Positions 62,776-64,000 of a stretch of DNA of 64,000 bases are shown here, in pieces. The stretch's first letter is position 1, and the number at the start of each line of letters is the position of its first letter. This DNA is from an uncultured Chloroflexota bacterium. Lineage in GTDB: Bacteria; Chloroflexota; UBA11872. The notes below the pieces were generated by a model. The model searched no databases. It was not told the DNA's origin and saw only the letters and a program-made list of their open reading frames with translations. The translations under genes were made by a program, and so were the position numbers. Location of the stretch: assembly GCA_958296175.1 (NCBI GenBank), contig OY282448.1, forward strand, positions 2,150,612-2,214,611. Direction: 5' to 3'.

Positions 62776-64000
62776 GACCGCCTAGAGCTTACGGGGCCGT
62801 GGCGCTTCGGCGTCAGCGACTCGCCCGACCTGCGCGGCGTGCGCTTCCGTGCGCAGATCGAGCCGCCCGCCTACCCGCAACTCGTCCTGGAGCACCCGCC
62901 GGAGGGCCCGGCCTATTACTGGTACCAGCGCGAGCTTCAGCTGCCGCGCGCCCTGGACGGCCACCAAACCGTCGTCAGGTTCGGCGCGTCCGACTGGTTG
63001 ACCGACGTCTGGATGGACGGCGAGCACGCGGCGTCGAACCGCGGCGGATACCTGCCGTTCGAGGCGGTCGTTCCCCCGGCCGCGCACGGCCGCGCCGTCA
63101 CCGTGACCGTGCGCGTCTGGGACGCGCCGGCGCTGCATGCGGGCGCGGCAAGCGCCCCCGACGGCAAACCCCTCGACCCGGCCTGGATCCCGCGCGGCAA
63201 ACAGCACTGGTACGGCGAATGCTCCGGTCTCTGGCAGCCGGTCTGGCTGATCCAGCGGCCCGCAACCCACGCGACTGGGCTGCGAACCAACCTCGACGCC
63301 GACCTGCACACCGTGCGTCTGACCGTCTTCGGCTCGGCGTCCGACGACTGCCGCGTCAGCGTCGAGGTGTCCGCGGCCGGCGGTTCCGCCCTGGACTGGC
63401 GCGCGGAGGCGCGCGGCAATCCGGCGGCTGGGATCGAGCTGGCGCATCGCTGGCCCGACGTGCGGCGCTGGTCGCCCGGCGCGCCGTCGCTGTACGACGT
63501 CACGGTGCGTCTGACGTCGGAGGGACTGACCGACGAGCGGCGCTTCACCACCGGGTTCCGCCGCGTGGAGGCCGACGAGCGCGAGCTGCGGCTGAACGGC
63601 GCGCCGCTGTACCTGCGCGGCGCGCTGGATCAGGATTACAGCCCCCACACCGGCAACGCCTACCCGGGCGACGACGCCCTGGCGCGCCGCTTCGCGCTGG
63701 CGCGGGACGCGGGGCTCGATCTCGTTCGCTGCCACGTGAAACTGCCCGACCCGCGTTATCTGGCGCTGGCCGACCGCGCCGGCCTGCTGGTGTGGTACGA
63801 ACTGCCCAGCTGGGGACATCCCAGCCTGCCGGCGGGAGAGCCGCCGCCCTGGGTGGACGCGGACACGGCAGCCATGCTGCGCGCGGCGGCGCTGCGCGAC
63901 GCTCATCACCCCGCGCTCATCGCGCGGTCCGTCATCAACGAAGGCTGGGGCCTCGACCTGCCAAGCTCGGCGGCCGACCGCGACCGCCTGCGGCGCTGGA
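62767..64000 (+). CDS. Glycoside hydrolase family 2 protein (beta-galactosidase/mannosidase-like), N-terminal ~410 aa; continues beyond the window
   Basis: Not in the ORF track (no stop before the window end). Translation from ATG 62767 gives a GH2 sugar-binding-domain pattern (VVRFGASDWLTDVWMDGEHAASNRGGYLPFE) and an open frame to the end. Confidence 0.7.
   Translation, partial: MPHDRLELTGPWRFGVSDSPDLRGVRFRAQIEPPAYPQLVLEHPPEGPAYYWYQRELQLPRALDGHQTVVRFGASDWLTDVWMDGEHAASNRGGYLPFEAVVPPAAHGRAVTVTVRVWDAPALHAGAASAPDGKPLDPAWIPRGKQHWYGECSGLWQPVWLIQRPATHATGLRTNLDADLHTVRLTVFGSASDDCRVSVEVSAAGGSALDWRAEARGNPAAGIELAHRWPDVRRWSPGAPSLYDVTVRLTSEGLTDERRFTTGFRRVEADERELRLNGAPLYLRGALDQDYSPHTGNAYPGDDALARRFALARDAGLDLVRCHVKLPDPRYLALADRAGLLVWYELPSWGHPSLPAGEPPPWVDADTAAMLRAAALRDAHHPALIARSVINEGWGLDLPSSAADRDRLRRW

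Overview
This is a 64 kb, very high-GC (~70%) bacterial chromosomal segment. Coding density is high and almost everything is core housekeeping. I cannot place the lineage from sequence alone; the gene order is compatible with Chloroflexota or a deep-branching high-GC Gram-positive. Coordinates of non-coding features are read from the printed sequence and may be off by 1-2 nt; CDS ends follow the ORF track.

Genes recognised, 5' to 3':
- priA (3' part, truncated at the window start), def, fmt, a YugP-like zinc metallopeptidase, rlmN, rpe.
- rpmB on the minus strand, divergent from yloV (DAK2 domain) and recG.
- rsmD, coaD, an uncharacterised coiled-coil ORF, then yceD(DUF177)-rpmF-fabD-fabG-accC-nusB, then tatC.
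- rluD-like, a zinc-ribbon/TM/discoidin-like hypothetical, lepB, a HIT protein, an aminotransferase.
- fabH divergent from fabF-accB-bioY-acpP.
- A minus-strand complex I cluster, nuoA-C-D-G-H-I-J-K-L-M-N, preceded by rex. nuoB, nuoE and nuoF are absent from the cluster.
- A HyuA-like hydantoinase/oxoprolinase paralog, an ABC-2 ATPase and permease, a sugar-phosphate isomerase, cysK, serS, lysS, greA.
- A second HyuA-like paralog, dnaN (no dnaA nearby), ggt, a membrane-fused spermidine-synthase-like protein, a second sugar-phosphate isomerase, a DUF3048 Tat-lipoprotein, a D-2-hydroxyacid dehydrogenase, an MBL-fold hydrolase, a cyclase-family protein, a LysM protein, and the 5' part of a GH2 glycosidase.

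I found no rRNA, tRNA, CRISPR array, IS element, integrase, toxin-antitoxin pair or defence island. Many long ORFs in the six-frame track are antisense GC-frame artefacts.

The points most worth a second look:
- A perfect Rex operator (TTGTGAA-CGAT-TTCACAA) between rex and nuoA.
- The 11-gene nuo cluster lacking nuoB/E/F.
- A PriA whose Walker A and Walker B motifs appear degenerate.
- Two ~68 bp palindrome-bearing repeats plus a 33-nt echo of the tatC 3' end in the tatC/rluD convergent gap.
- A perfect 24-bp direct repeat pair upstream of coaD.
- A hairpin plus U-tract in the greA leader.
- An unusual fabF-accB-bioY-acpP arrangement.
- Two orphan HyuA-like paralogs.
- An in-frame 30-bp tandem duplication in lysS.

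I cannot point to a convincing previously undescribed system in this window.
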